Below, in pieces: positions 26,374-40,300 of a stretch of 64,000 bases of DNA; position 1 is the first letter of the stretch, and every line of letters begins with the position of its first letter. Under the pieces are notes generated by a model. The model was not told the origin of the DNA. It made no database searches and saw only the letters and a list, made by a program, of their open reading frames with translations. The position numbers and the translations under genes were made by a program. Source of the stretch: Antedon mediterranea (Eukaryota > Animalia > Echinodermata). The DNA lies in assembly GCF_964355755.1 (NCBI RefSeq), contig NC_092673.1, positions 19,961,648-20,025,647 on the forward strand, read 5' to 3'.

Positions 26374-29260
26374 TTGGTTATCCGCAACTTATGAAGTTGC
26401 GGATAACCCTTGTTATTGTAAATATCTTTTTTTTTTTTTTCATCTTCTTTATTCTTCTTTCTTTCCCGGAATTTTGTTGCATGCATATCTCTCATCCTTG
26501 TCAACATATGATTTTACAACTTGGTCATCATATAGATATTTATCTGAAGTTGTGCACCTCCATATTTTGAATGACGTCAGAGTTGCGCAACGTGACTTAC
26601 GCGCGATTTTATGAATTTCAATGATTGATCATAGGATAAAAAATAAAAGTCATTTTGAATTGACACTTAGTGAAAATTTAAGTTACTAGATGGCACGCTC
26701 GCTTCGCTCGCGTACCATCTAGGTCGTGCCCACAGATGGTTCTCGAATACACAGTATTTCCAGCGAGAAAAAAATGGAGATTTCAAATGTACGTACTGCA
26801 GGACTATAATACATTGTCGTTTACAGAAACGAATAAATATACACAATGATTTATTTAGTCAACCAAAATTAGCACCCTGGGAATTACTTCCGAGAGAGAA
26901 ATAAAATGAGTCATTTTTTTTTTATTTGGACTCATTTAAACAAACCCAATTTGTGTTTTGTATGTAACATTAGGCCTAAGGGTTGAGGGATGGGGGAAGA
27001 AGATAGGTACAAAGAGGAAACATTTTAAAATATATTCTTATCCACTCAGTAACGAAATAATGTTTTTAATGTTTTAGGCCTATAAATAATATACCACTAA
27101 ATACAGTAAAACATTTACGATTTAATACTTTGTTAAAACTCTCACTGTCATAGTCGATTGAAATAGTAAAGTACATGTAACGATACACCACTACGTACGT
27201 TTATATATTTTTAAATTATTAATTAATACAAACGTTGAGAAGCAACTGTCAATAATAACGTTTATTTATTTGTATATTATATGTTTATAATCTAACAGTA
27301 GGGCCTACCCACATTCACAGTAATAAAGTTTATTTGTATATTTGTTTATATTATATCTAACAGTACCAACACTCACAGTAAGAAATTTGCGATTCAAATT
27401 GCGATCAAAAGTGGTTAATACCTTAACAGTATTGTACAGCATTGCAATACTATTTATGTTTATTCTCCAAGGGGGCCCATAAATCTAAATCTATACCTCT
27501 ATGGTTAAACCAAATAATTTGGAATGTTCCATTCATCACAAATCAATACATTTGTAAAAACGTATATTACATGTATCAAAATAGCATTTTTTAAAGAAAA
27601 TCGGCCTGTCTTCAACATTATGATGCTGTACTCGAACAGTTCAACCGGTTTTCAGCTATTAAAAATAATTATCGTAGGAGGAGATAGGAAAATGCGAAGT
27701 GTCCTCGTATTATTGTGTGCGGGTATTTTTCAAATTGACATCCATTAGACAGTGTATACCACGATCGGAAAACACCCCTATTTGGGGCAAATCGTTGAAC
27801 CTAAATTCGTTTTAATCGTCAATAACTAATTATCGAACTCAATTTAATTAGTAAACAGGGTTACATCAGGTGGTTAAAATTAATACCGAAAGTACGAACC
27901 AACTTTATATACCATCGAGTAAACATTCTAGAAATAACGCACGATTTACCGATTTTTGCCCTTACGTAAATTTATATATAGATATCAAGGGAAAACTTTC
28001 TATGGATTAAAAATGGCATGTTTCACAAGAAGTTACGCGCGCACGCGCATTTAAAATTTTAAAATGCGCAAAATTAATTTCTAATCAACTTTCTACGCTG
28101 ATCATGACATTTTTAGCATGTCAAAAATTCCCACGCGCGCGAAAAAAATTACGCGTAAGGTGCGCACGGAGCATGAAAATCATGTGTTTTTTTCTTGAAT
28201 TATGATTTTACAGCCTTTCTTAGTCATTTTAAAAGAGATTTACATCATTTCAAATTAAAATGACGTCATACGAACACGTTGATTTAGACAATTTGCGTGC
28301 GTTTTAGTTGCAAAAGTGACAAAATATTGTCAAAATTATGCCTACTTTGAATCTATTATAGCTCCTCAGGATCAACCGTTACCCCCAATTTTTTTAATTT
28401 AATATGTAAGCAGAGATGTTGTAGATATGAATTCATGCAGAATCTTTACCCCTCGGATGTTATGACGTCATCGTATGGCCACACGAATGTAAAATATTGG
28501 ATTTTTGACTGTTTCGCTATTGCTCATTACATTAAATAGAGCGCATATCGCTTATACGTATTCCATTTCCTAAGATATTTTAATACTGTCTAGGTCAACA
28601 ACTATCTTTCGCATGAGTTAAAAATATTTAAATTTTTATGACGTCATCATGTCTAAAAATGTAAATAACGTGGGTCACCTATTTTCATCTTTACAGTAAA
28701 TTTCAATCTGTTATAGCTCGTCAGAATAAAAAGTGATAATCATGATTAAAACGTTTTCTGGAAGCTATTGGATTGTAGATACGAATTCATGTGAACATTT
28801 TGCCAATCAGATGTTGTGACATCATCATATGGCCAGTTGAATTCAAAAAGTCATATTTTCATCTCTTGCGTAAAAGTTCATTGCGTTTAAACGAGAGCGC
28901 ATCTCACTTTTACGTGCCCAAAATTCTTCAAATTTGTTTTAATGTAATTATTTAGATAATTATCTTCTAAAATTGTTATCTTTATATGTCAATTTGATGA
29001 TGTCATCGTGTTAATAATTAGTTTTAAAAGATGTGTCTCGTAATTTCGTCTATGCTACACTGTATAATATATACAGTTTATTTGTAAAATACTGTAATAT
29101 GGTGTATGCTACATAATAGGTACAATTCAGCACTGTAAACACATTTATTTCATGTCATAGGATGGCATAATAATTGTCGAGGTTCATATAGTTTAAATTA
29201 TGTGCATGTTGCGTTTGCGCGGATAACCCGAACTCGTCAAAGTGACGAGTTCAAATCTAG
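26374..29260 (+). mobile_element. HINE, subfamily D, interrupted by a canonical Helitron
   Basis: Head GGTTATCCGCAACTTATGAAGTTGCGGATAACC at 26376; tail GCGGATAACCCG-AACTCGTCAAAGTGACGAGTT-CAAATCTAG; body matches 42691-44321 once 26686-27982 is removed. Confidence 0.87.
26686..27982 (-). mobile_element. Non-autonomous canonical Helitron (Helitron1 type), 1297 bp
   Basis: Minus strand starts TCTATATATAAA and ends CTAG with a GC-rich 3' hairpin (26686-26722). It is inserted between A and T with no TSD; the empty site AAGTTA|TATCAAGGG resembles sister units. Confidence 0.9.
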
Positions 29261-29335
29261 TTTTTTTCTGTATTATTGGTTATCCGCTCTTGGCGGATAA
29301 CCTTTTGTTATTGTCAGGATCTTTTTTTTTTTTTT

Positions 29336-32300
29336 TTGGTTATCCGCACTTGGCGGATAACCCCTTGTTATTGTCAGGATCTTTTTTTTTTTCTTTTTTT
29401 TTTTTTTCTATATTCTTCTTTCTTTCCACGAATTTTGTTGCTAGTGTATCTCTAAATCTTCTTAACATAACATTGTATAACTTTATGAGAAGATTGAACT
29501 CTATTTGAAGATGTCGTAATAAGGTTTTCGGTCTCGTCCGAGTTGCGTAGCGTAAGTTACGCGCGATTTTATGAATTTCAATGATTGATCATAGATTAAA
29601 AACCAAAAGTCATTTTGTATTGAAACTTGGTGAAAATTTAAGTTATATCACGCGCAAACTTTCTATGGATTAAAAATGGCAGGTTGCGCAGAAAGTTACG
29701 CGCGCACATGCGTTTAAAATTTCAAAATGCGAAAAATCAACTTCTAATCAATTTTCTACGCGTTTCATGTCATTTTGAGCATTTCAAAAATTCCCACGCT
29801 TGCGCACTTTTTTACGCGCGCGTGCGCACGTAGCGCAAAAACATCTTCTTTTTTTTAGATTTTTGTTTTTCCAGTCTTTTCTAGTAAATTTACCAACTTT
29901 CAAACAATTTGGACTTAAAATCACGTCATACGAGCACGTAGAATTGAACAATTTGCGCGCGTTTTTTATGAAAAAGTTCAAAAATTCGTGAAAATTATGC
30001 CTTTTTTTAAAAAATCATAGATTCTAAACTCCGTGGTGAACATTTTTAAAATTTCAGATTCTGGTAGTAGATGAGTTGTAGATATCAAATCATGTATCGA
30101 TATGGCTAACCGTACATTGTGACGTCATAGTATGGCCACTCGAATATAAAATATAGGATTTTTGTCTCTTTCGCATAACTCATCACATTTAATAGAGCGC
30201 ATCTCCACTTATCCGTATTCCATTTCTCCCCATTTTGTTATATTATCTAGGCCAATCAATTACCTTTCACATGATTTACCATTTTTAAAATTGTGATGGC
30301 GTCATCATGGTCAAAAGCGTCATTAACTTTGGTCACTTATTTTCACCTATTCTGAACAGTATGTAGTACGTATACAGTACATGTGTTATACCGTATATAT
30401 TTAGACGTGACACAAAATAGAGAGCGCACTAACATTTTTTCAATGGCATAATCGTTTTTCTGCGCGCAATATTCTAACTTATGTGTCATGCGCGTGGCTT
30501 TTGCGATGCGGATAACCTAACTCGTCCGTAGTGACGAGTTCAAATCTAGTTGGTTATCCGCACTTGGCGGATAATTGGTTATCCGCACTTGGCGGATAAC
30601 CCCTTGTTATTGTCAGGATCTTTTTCTATGTTCTTCTTTCTTTCCACGATTTTTGTTCGCAGCGTATCTCTAATTCTGGCCAACATATGATTGTATAACT
30701 TTGTCAAAAGATTGCCCTGTAGCTGTAGATGTGCAAGAAACTTTTTTTTTCAAATTTCGAGTCGCGCAGCGTAAGTTACGCGCGATTTTGTGAATTTCAA
30801 TGACTGATCATAGAATAAAAACTAAAAGTCGCTTGGTATTGAAACTTGGTGAAAGTTTAAGTCATATAACGCGCAAACTTTCTATGGATTAAAAATGGCA
30901 TGTTTAACAAAAAGTTACGCGCGCACGCGCGTTTAAAATTTCAAATTGCGAAATATCCATTTCTAATCAACTTTCTACGCGTTTCAGGGCATTTTGAGCA
31001 TTTCAAAAATTCCCAGGCGTGCGCAATTTTTTTACGCGCGCGTGCGCACGTAGCGCAAAAACATCTTTTTTTTGTTTGATTTTTGTTTTTCCAGCCTTTT
31101 CTAGTAAATTTACCAATTTTCAATCAATTTCGACTTAAAATTACGTCATACAAGCACGTCGAATTGAACAATTTGCGCGCGTTTTTGATGAAAAAGTTCA
31201 AAAATTTGTGAAAATTATGCCTTTCTTTAAAAAGTCATAGATTCTAAACTCCGTGGTGAACATTTTTAAAATTTCAGATTCTGGAAGTAGATGAGTTGTA
31301 GATATCGAATCATGCATCGATATAACTAACCGGAAATTGTGACGTCATCGTATGGCCATTCGAATATAAAATATAGGATTTTTGTCTCTTTCGCATAGCT
31401 CATCACATTTAATAGAGCGCATCTCCATTTATCCGTATTCCATTTCCCCCCATTTTGTTATATTGTCTAGGCCAATCAATTATCTTTCGCATGATCTACC
31501 ATTTTTTAAATTGTGATGACGTCATCATGTCCAAAAGCGTCAATAACTTGGGTCCCTTATTTTCACCTATTCTGCACTGTATGTAGTACGTATACAGAAT
31601 ATAGTGTATACCGTATACACTTTGACGTGACGCAAAATAGAGAGCGCACTGACATTTTTTCAATGGCGTAATCGTTTTTCTGCGCGCAATATTCTAACGT
31701 ATGACGTGCACGTGGCCTTTGCGCTGCGGATAACCTAACTCGTCCGAAGTGACGAGTTCAAGTCTAGTTGGTTATCCGCACTTGGCGGATAACCCCTTGT
31801 TATTGTCAGGATCTTTTTTTTTCTTTTTTTTTTTCTATCTTATTCTTCTTTCTTTCCCGGAATTTTGTTCGCAGCGTATCTCTAATTCTGGCCAATATAA
31901 GATTGTGTAACTTTGTCATAAGATTGACCTCTAGCTGTAGATGTGCAGGACGTTTCGTTTTTTAACTTTAGAGTCGCGCAGCGTAAGTTACGCGCGATTT
32001 TATGAATTTCAATGATTGATCATAGCTTAGAAATCAAAAGTCATTTTGTAATGAAACTTGGTGAAAATTTAAGTCATATCAAGCGCAAACTTTCTATGGA
32101 TTAAAAATGGCAAGTTTGACAAAAAGTTACGCGTGCACGCGCGTTTAAAATTTCAAAATGCGAAAAATCAATTTCTAATCAACTTTCTACGCGTTTCATG
32201 TCATTTTGAGCATTTCAAAAATTCCCTTGCGTGCGCAATTTTTTTACGCGCGCGTGCGCACGTAGCCCAGAAACATCTTTTTTTTGCTTGATTTTTGTTT

Positions 32301-34312
32301 TTTCAGCCTTTTCTAGTAAGTTTATCAATTTTAAATCAATTTCGACTTAAAATCACGTCATACGAGCACGTAGAATTAAACAATTTGCGCGCAATTTTGA
32401 TGAAAAAGTTCAAAAATTTGTGAAAATTATGCCTTTTTTTAAACAGTCATAGATTCTAAACTACGTCGTAAACTTTTTTATATTTACATATTCTGGTAGT
32501 AGATGAGTTGTAGATATCGAATCATGTATCAATATGGCTATCAGGACATTGTGACGTCATCGTATGGCCACTCGAATATAAAATATAGGATTTTTTTCTC
32601 TTTCGTATAGCTCATCACATTTAATAGAGCGCATCTCCACTTATCCGTATTCCATTGCCCTCCATTTCTTTATATTGCCTATGTCAATCAATTATCTTTC
32701 GCATGATTCACCATTTTAAAAATTGTTATGACGTCATCATGTGCAAAAGCCTCAATAACTTTGGTCACTTATTTTCACCTATTCTGAACTGTATGTAGTA
32801 CGTATACGGTATATAGTGTATACCGTATACACTTTGACGTGACACAAAATAGAGAGCGCACTCACATTTTTTCAATGGCATAATCGTTTTTCTGCGCGCA
32901 ATATTCCAACGTATGACGTGCACGTGGCTTTAGGACTGCGGATAACCTAACTCGTCCGTAGTGACGAGTTCAAATCTAGTTGGTTATCCGCACTTGGCGG
33001 ATAACCCCTTGTTATTGTCAGGATCTTTTTTTTTTTTTTTTTTTTTTTTTTTCTATGTTATTCTTCTTTCTTTCCCTGAATTTTGTTGGCAGCGTATCTC
33101 AAATTCTGGCAAACAAAAGATTGTGTAACTTTTTCATAAGATTGACCTGTAGCTGTAGATGTGCAGGACGTTTCGTTTTTTGACTTTATAGTTGCGCAGC
33201 GTAAGTTACGCGCGTTTTTGTGATTTTTGCGTATTTAACATATATCAAAAACCAAAAAGCAATTTTAATTGAAACTTGGCAAAAGTGTAGTTTATATCAT
33301 GCGCTAACTTTCTATGGATTGAAAATCGCACTTTTCCATAAAGTTACGCGCGCACGCGCGTTTAAAATTTCAAAATGCGTAAAATCATTTTCTAATCAAC
33401 TTTCTACGCGTTTCAGGTCATTTTGAGCATTTCAAAAATTCCCACGCGTGCGCAAATTTTTTACGCGCGCGTGCGCACGTAGCGCAGAAACATCTTTTTT
33501 TTGCTTGATTTTTGTTTTTTCAGCCTTTTCTAGTAAATTTACCAATTTTCAATCAATTTCGACCTAAAATCACGTCATACGAGCACGTAGAATTGAACAA
33601 TTTGCACGCGTTTTTGATGAAAAAGTTCAAAAATTCGTCAAAATTATGCCTTTCTTAAAACCGTCATAAATTCTAAACTATGTGGTGAACATTTTTTAAA
33701 TTACATATTCTGGAAGTAGATGAGTTGTCTTTATCGAATCTTGCATTAATATGGCTAACTGAATATTATGACGTCATCGTATGGCCACTCGAATAAAAAA
33801 TATAGGATTTTTTTCTCTTTCGTCATAGCTCGTCACATTTAATAGAGCGCATCTCCACTTATCCGTATTCCATTTCCCTCAATTTTCTTATATTATCTAG
33901 GTCAATCAATTATCTTTCGCACGATTCACCATTTTCAAAATTGTGATGACGTCATCATGTTCAAAAGCGTCAATAACTTTGGTCACTTATTTTCACCTAT
34001 TCTGCACTGTATGTAGTACGTATACAGTATATAGTGTATACCGTATATACTCAGACGTGACGAAAAATAAAGAGCACACTGAAATTGTTTCAATGATTTA
34101 ATCGTCTTTCTGCGCGCAATATTTTAACGTATGACGTGCACGTGGCCTTTGCGCTGCGGATAACCTAACTTGTACGTAGTGACGAGTTCAAATCTAGTTG
34201 GTTATCCGCACTTGGCGGATAACCCCTTGTTATTGTCAGGATCTTTTTTTTTTTTTTTTTTTTTTTTTTTGGTTATCCGCACTTGGCGGATAACCCCTTG
34301 TTATTGTCAGAA

Positions 34313-34344
<32 letters not shown>

Positions 34345-37300
34345 CTATGTTATTCTTCTTTCTTTCCCTGAATTTTGTTGGCAGCGTATCTCTAATTCTG
34401 GCAAACAAAAGATTGTGTAACTTTTTCATAAGATTGACCTGTAGCTGTAGATGTGCAGGACGTTTCGTTTTTTGACTTTAGAGTCCCGCAGCGTGAGTTA
34501 CGCGCGATTTTGTGAATTTTGCGTATTTAACATAGATCGAAAACGAAAAAGCAATTTTAATTGAAACTTGGCAAAAGTGTAATTTATATCATGCGCTAAC
34601 TTTCTATGGATTTAAAATGGCACTTTTCTTAAAAGTTACGCGCGCACGCGCGTTCAAAATTTCAAAATGCGAAAAATTCATTTCTAATCAACTTTCTATG
34701 CGTTTCATGTCATTTTGAGCATTTCAAAAATTCCCACGTGTGCGCAATATTTTTACGCGCGCGTGCGCACGTATAGCAAAAACATCTTTTTTTTGCTTGA
34801 TTTTTGTTTTTTCAGCCTTCTCTAGTAATTTTACCAACTTTCAATCAATTTCGACTTAAAATCACGTCACACGAGCACGTAGAATTGGATAATTTGCGCG
34901 TGTTTTTGATGAAAAACTTCAAAAAATCGTCAAAATTAGACCTTTTTTTAAACAGTAATAAATTCTAAACTACGAGGTGAACTTTTTTAAAATTACATAT
35001 TCTGGAAGTAGATGAGCTGTTTTTCTCGAATCATGCATTGATATGACTAACCGGACATTGTGACGTCATCGTATGGCCACCCGAATATAAAATATAGGAT
35101 TTTTTTCTCTTTCGTCATAGCTCGTCAAATTTAATAGAGCGCATCTCCACTTATCCGTATTCCATTTTACTCAATTTTTTTATATTGTCTAGATCAATCA
35201 ATTATCTTTCGCATGATTTACCATTTTTAAAATTGTGATGACGTCATTATGTTCAAATGCGTCAATAACTTTGGTCACTTATTTTCACCTATTCTGCACT
35301 GTATGTAGTACATATACAGTATATAGTGTATACCGTACACACTTAGACGCGACACAAAATAGAGGGGTCACTAACATTTTTTCAATGGCATAATCGTTTT
35401 TCTGCGCGCAATATTCTAACTTAGGTGTCATGCGCGTGGGTTTTGCGATGCGGATAACCTAACTCGTCCGTAGTGACGAGTTCAAATCTAGTTGGTTATC
35501 CGCACTTGGCGGATAACCCCTTGTTATTGTCAGGATCTTTTTTTGGTTATCCGCACTTGGCGGATAACCCCTTGTTATTGTCAGGATCTTTTTTTTTTTT
35601 TTTTTTTTTTTTCTATGTTATTCTTCTTTCTTTCCCCGAATTTTGTTCGCAGCACATCTCTATCTTGTGGCCAACATAAGATTGTATAACTTTGTCATAA
35701 GGTTGAGCTATAGCTGTAGATGTGCAGCCAAGCTTTTGGACGATTTTGGAGTTGCGCAGCGTAAGTTACGCGCGATTTCATGAATTTCAATGATTGATCA
35801 TAGAATAAAAACTAAAAGTTGTTTTGTATTGAAACTTTGTGAAAATTTAAGTGAGATCATGCGCAAACTTTCTATGGATTAAAAATGGCATGTTTCACAA
35901 AAAGTTACGCGCGCACGCGCGTTTGAAATTTCAAAATGCGAAAAATCAATTTCTAATCAACTTTCTATGCGTTTCATGTCATTTTGAGCATTTCAAAAAT
36001 TCCCACGCGTGCGCAATTTTTTTACGCGCGCGTGCGCACGTAGCGCAAAAACATCTTTTTTTTGCTTGATTTTTGTTTTTTCAGCCTTTTCTAGTAAATT
36101 TATGAATTTTCAATCAATTTCGACTTAAAATCACGTCACACGAGCACGTAGAATTGGATAATTTGCGCGTGTTTTTGATGAAAAACTTCAAAAAATCGTC
36201 AAAATTAGACCTTTTTTTAAACAGTCATAAATTCTAAACTACGTGGTGAACTTTTTTAAAATTACATATTCTGGAAGTAGATGAGTTGTTTTTCTCGAAT
36301 CATGCATTGATATGGCTAACCGGACATTGTGACATCATCGTATGGCCACCCGAATATAAAATATAGGATTTTTTCTCTTTCGTCATAGCTCGTCAAATTT
36401 AATAGAGCGCATCTCCACTTATCCGTATTCCATTTCACTCAATTTTTTTATATTGTCTAGATCAATCAATTATCTTTCGCATGATTTACCATTTTTAAAA
36501 TTGTGATGACGTCATCATGTTCAAATGCGTCAATAACTTTGGTCACTTATTTTCACCTATTCTGCACTGTATTTAGTACGTATACAGTATATAGTGTATA
36601 CCGTACACACTTAGACGCGACACAAAATAGAGGGCTCACTAACATTTTTTCAATGGCAATATCGTTTTTCTGCGCGCAATATTCTAACTTAGGTGTCATG
36701 CGCGTGGGTTTTGCGATGCGGATAACCTAACTCGTCCGTAGTGACGAGTTCAAATCTAGTTTTTTCTTTTTTTTTTTCTATCTTATTCTTCTTTCTTTCC
36801 ACGAATTTTGTTCGCAGGGTATCTCTAATTCTGGCCAACATAAGATTGTATACCTTTGTCATAAGATTCACCTATAGCTGTAGATTTGCAGCCAAGCTTT
36901 TCGACGATATCGGAGTTGCGCAGCGTAAGTTACGTGCGATTTTATGAATTTCAATGATTGATCATAGATTAAAAACCAAAAGTCATTTTGTATTGAAACT
37001 TGGTGAAAATTTAAGTCATATCATGCGCAAAATTTCTATGGATTAAAAATGGCAGATTGCGCAAAAAGTTACGCGCGCACGCGCGTTTAAAATTTTAAAA
37101 TGCGAAAAATCAATTTCTAATCAACTTTCTACGCGTTTCATGTCATTTTGAGCATTTCAAAAATTCCCACGCTTGCGCACTTTTCTTACGCGCACGTGCG
37201 CACGTAGCGCAAAAACATCTTTTTTTTGCTTGATTTTTGTTTTTTCTGTCTTTTATAATAAATTTATCAACTTTCAATCAATTTTGCTTTAAAATCTCAT

Positions 37301-40300
37301 CATACGAGCACGTAGAATTAAACAATTTGCGCGCAATTTTGATGAAAAAGTCTAAAAATTTGTCAAAATTATGCCTTTTTTTAAACAGTCATAGATTCTA
37401 AACTACGTGGTGAACTTTTTTATAATTACATATTCTGGTAGTAGATGAGTTGTAGATATAGAATCATGTATCAATATGGCTAACAGGACATTGTGACGTC
37501 ATCGTATGGCTACTCGAATATAAAATATAGGATTTTTTTCTCTTTCGTATAGCTTATCACATTTAATAGAGCGCATCTCCGGTTATCCATATTCCATTGC
37601 CCTCCATTTCTTTATATTGTCTAGGTCAATCAATTATCTTTCGCATGATTAACCATTTTAGAAATTGTGATGACGTCATCATGTCCAAAAGCGTCAATAA
37701 CTTTGGTAACTTATTTTCACCTATTCTGCACTGTATGTAGTACGTATACAGTATATAGCGTATACCGTATATAGTATATAGCGTATACCGTATATATTCA
37801 GACGTGACGAAAAATAGAGAGCACACTGAAATTGTTTCAATGACTTAATCGTTTTTCTGCGCGCAATATTTTAATGTATGACGTGCACATGGCCTTTGCG
37901 CTGCGGATAACCTAACTCGTCCGTAGTGACGAGTTCAAATCTAGTTTTTCTTTATTCTTCTTTCTTTCCACGAATTTTGTCCGCAGCACATCTCTATCTT
38001 CTGGCTAACATAAGATTGTGTAACTTTGTCATACGATTGAGCTATAGCTGTAGATGTGCAGCCAAGCTTTTGGACAATTTTGGAGTTGCGCAGCGTAAGT
38101 TACGCGCGATTTTATGAATTTCAATGATTGATCATATATTGAAAACCAAAAGTCATTTTTTATTGAAACTTCGTGAAAATTTAAGTTATACCAAGGGCAA
38201 ACTTTCTATGGATTAAAAATGGCATGTTTGACAGAAAGTTACGCGCGCACGCGCGTTTAAAATTTTAAAATGCGTAAAATCAATTTCTAATCAACTTTCT
38301 ACGCGTTTCAGATCATTTTGAACATTTCAAAAATTCCCACGCGTGCGCAAATTTTTTACGCGCGCGTGCGCACTTAGCGCAAAAACATCTTTTTTTTGCT
38401 TGATTTTTGTTTTTTCAGCCTTTTCTAGTAATTTTACCAAATTTTCAATCAATTTCGACTTAAAATCACGTCATACGAGCAGGTAGAATTTAACAATTTG
38501 CGCGCGTTTTTGATGAAAAAGTTCAAAAATTCGTCAAAATTAGACCTTTTTTTAAACAGTCATAAATTCTAAACTACGTGGTGAACTTTTTTAAAATTAC
38601 ATATTCTGGAAGTAGATGAGTTGTTTTTCTCGAATCATGTATTGATATGCCTAACCGGACATTGTGACGTCATCGTATGGCCACCCGAATATAAAATATA
38701 GGATTTTTTTCTCTTTCGTCATAGCTCGTCAATTTAATAGAGCGCATCTCTACTTATCCTTATTCCATTTCACTCAATTTTTTTATATTGTCTAGATCAA
38801 TCAATTATCTTTCGCATGATCTACCATTTTAAAAATTGTGATGACGTCATCATGTTCAAATGCGTCAATAACGTTGGTCACTTATTTTCACCTATTCTGC
38901 ACTGTATGTAGTACGTATACAGTATATAGTGTTATACCGTATATACTTAGACGCGACGCAAAATAGAGAGCGCACTAACATTTTTCAATGCCATAATCGT
39001 TTTTTTTTTTTGCGCTCAATATTCTAACGTATGACGTGCACGTGGCTTTTGCGCTGCGGATAACCTAACTCGTCCGTAGTGACGAGTTCAAATCTAGTTG
39101 GTTATCCGCACTTGGCGGATAACCCCTTGTTATTGTCAGGATCTTTTTTTTTTTTTTTTTTGGTTATCCGCACTTGGCGGATAACCCCTTGTTATTGTCA
39201 GGATCTTTTTTATTTTTTTTATTTTTTTTCTCTTTTTTTTTCTATTTTCTTCTTTCTTTCCACGATTTTTGTTCGCAGCGTATCTCTAATTCTAGTCAAC
39301 ATAAGATTCTATAACTTTGTCATAAGATTGCCCTGTAGCTGTAGATGTGCAAGAAACTTTTTTTTATGAATTTGGAGTCGCGCAGCGTAAGTTACGCGCG
39401 ATTTTATGATATTCAATGATTGATCATAGATTGAAAACCAAAAGTCATTTTCTCATGAAACTTCGTGAAAATTTAAGTTATATCATGCGCAAACATTCTA
39501 TGGATTAAAAATGGCATGTTTGAAATAAAGTTACGCGCGCACGCGCGTTTAAAATTTCAAATTGCGAAATATCCATTTCTAATCAACTTTCTACGCGTTT
39601 CAGGGCATTTTGAGCATTTCAAAAATTCCCAGGCGTGCGCATTTTTTTTACGCGCGCGTGCGCACGTAGCGCAAAAACATCTTTTTTTTGCTTGATTTTT
39701 GTTTTTTCATCCTTTTCTAGTAAATTTACCAACTTTCAATCAATTTCGACTTAAAATCACGTCATACAAGCACGTAGAATTGAACAATTTGCGCGCGTTT
39801 TTAAAGAAAAAGTTCAAAAATTTGTCAAAATTATGCCTTTTTTAAAACAGTCATAGATTGTAAACTACGAGGTGAACTTTTTTTAAATTACACATTCTGG
39901 AAGTTGATGAGTTGTAGATATCGAATCATGCATCGATATGGCTAACAGGACATAGTGACGTCATCGTATGGCCACTCGAATATAAAATATAGGATTTTTG
40001 TCTCTTTTGTCATAGCTCATCACATTTAATAGAGCGCATCTCCACTTATCCAAATTCCATTTCTCCCCATTTTTTTATATTGTCTATGCCAATCAATTAT
40101 CTTTTGCATGATATACCGTTTTTAAAATTGTGATGACGTCATCATGTCCAAAAGCGTCAATAACTTGGGCCACTTATTTTCACATATTCTTCACTGTATG
40201 TAGTACGTATACAATATATAGTGTATACTGTGTATACTTAGGCGTGACGTAAAATAGAGAGCGCACTAACATTTTTTCAATGGCATAATGGTTTTCTCTG

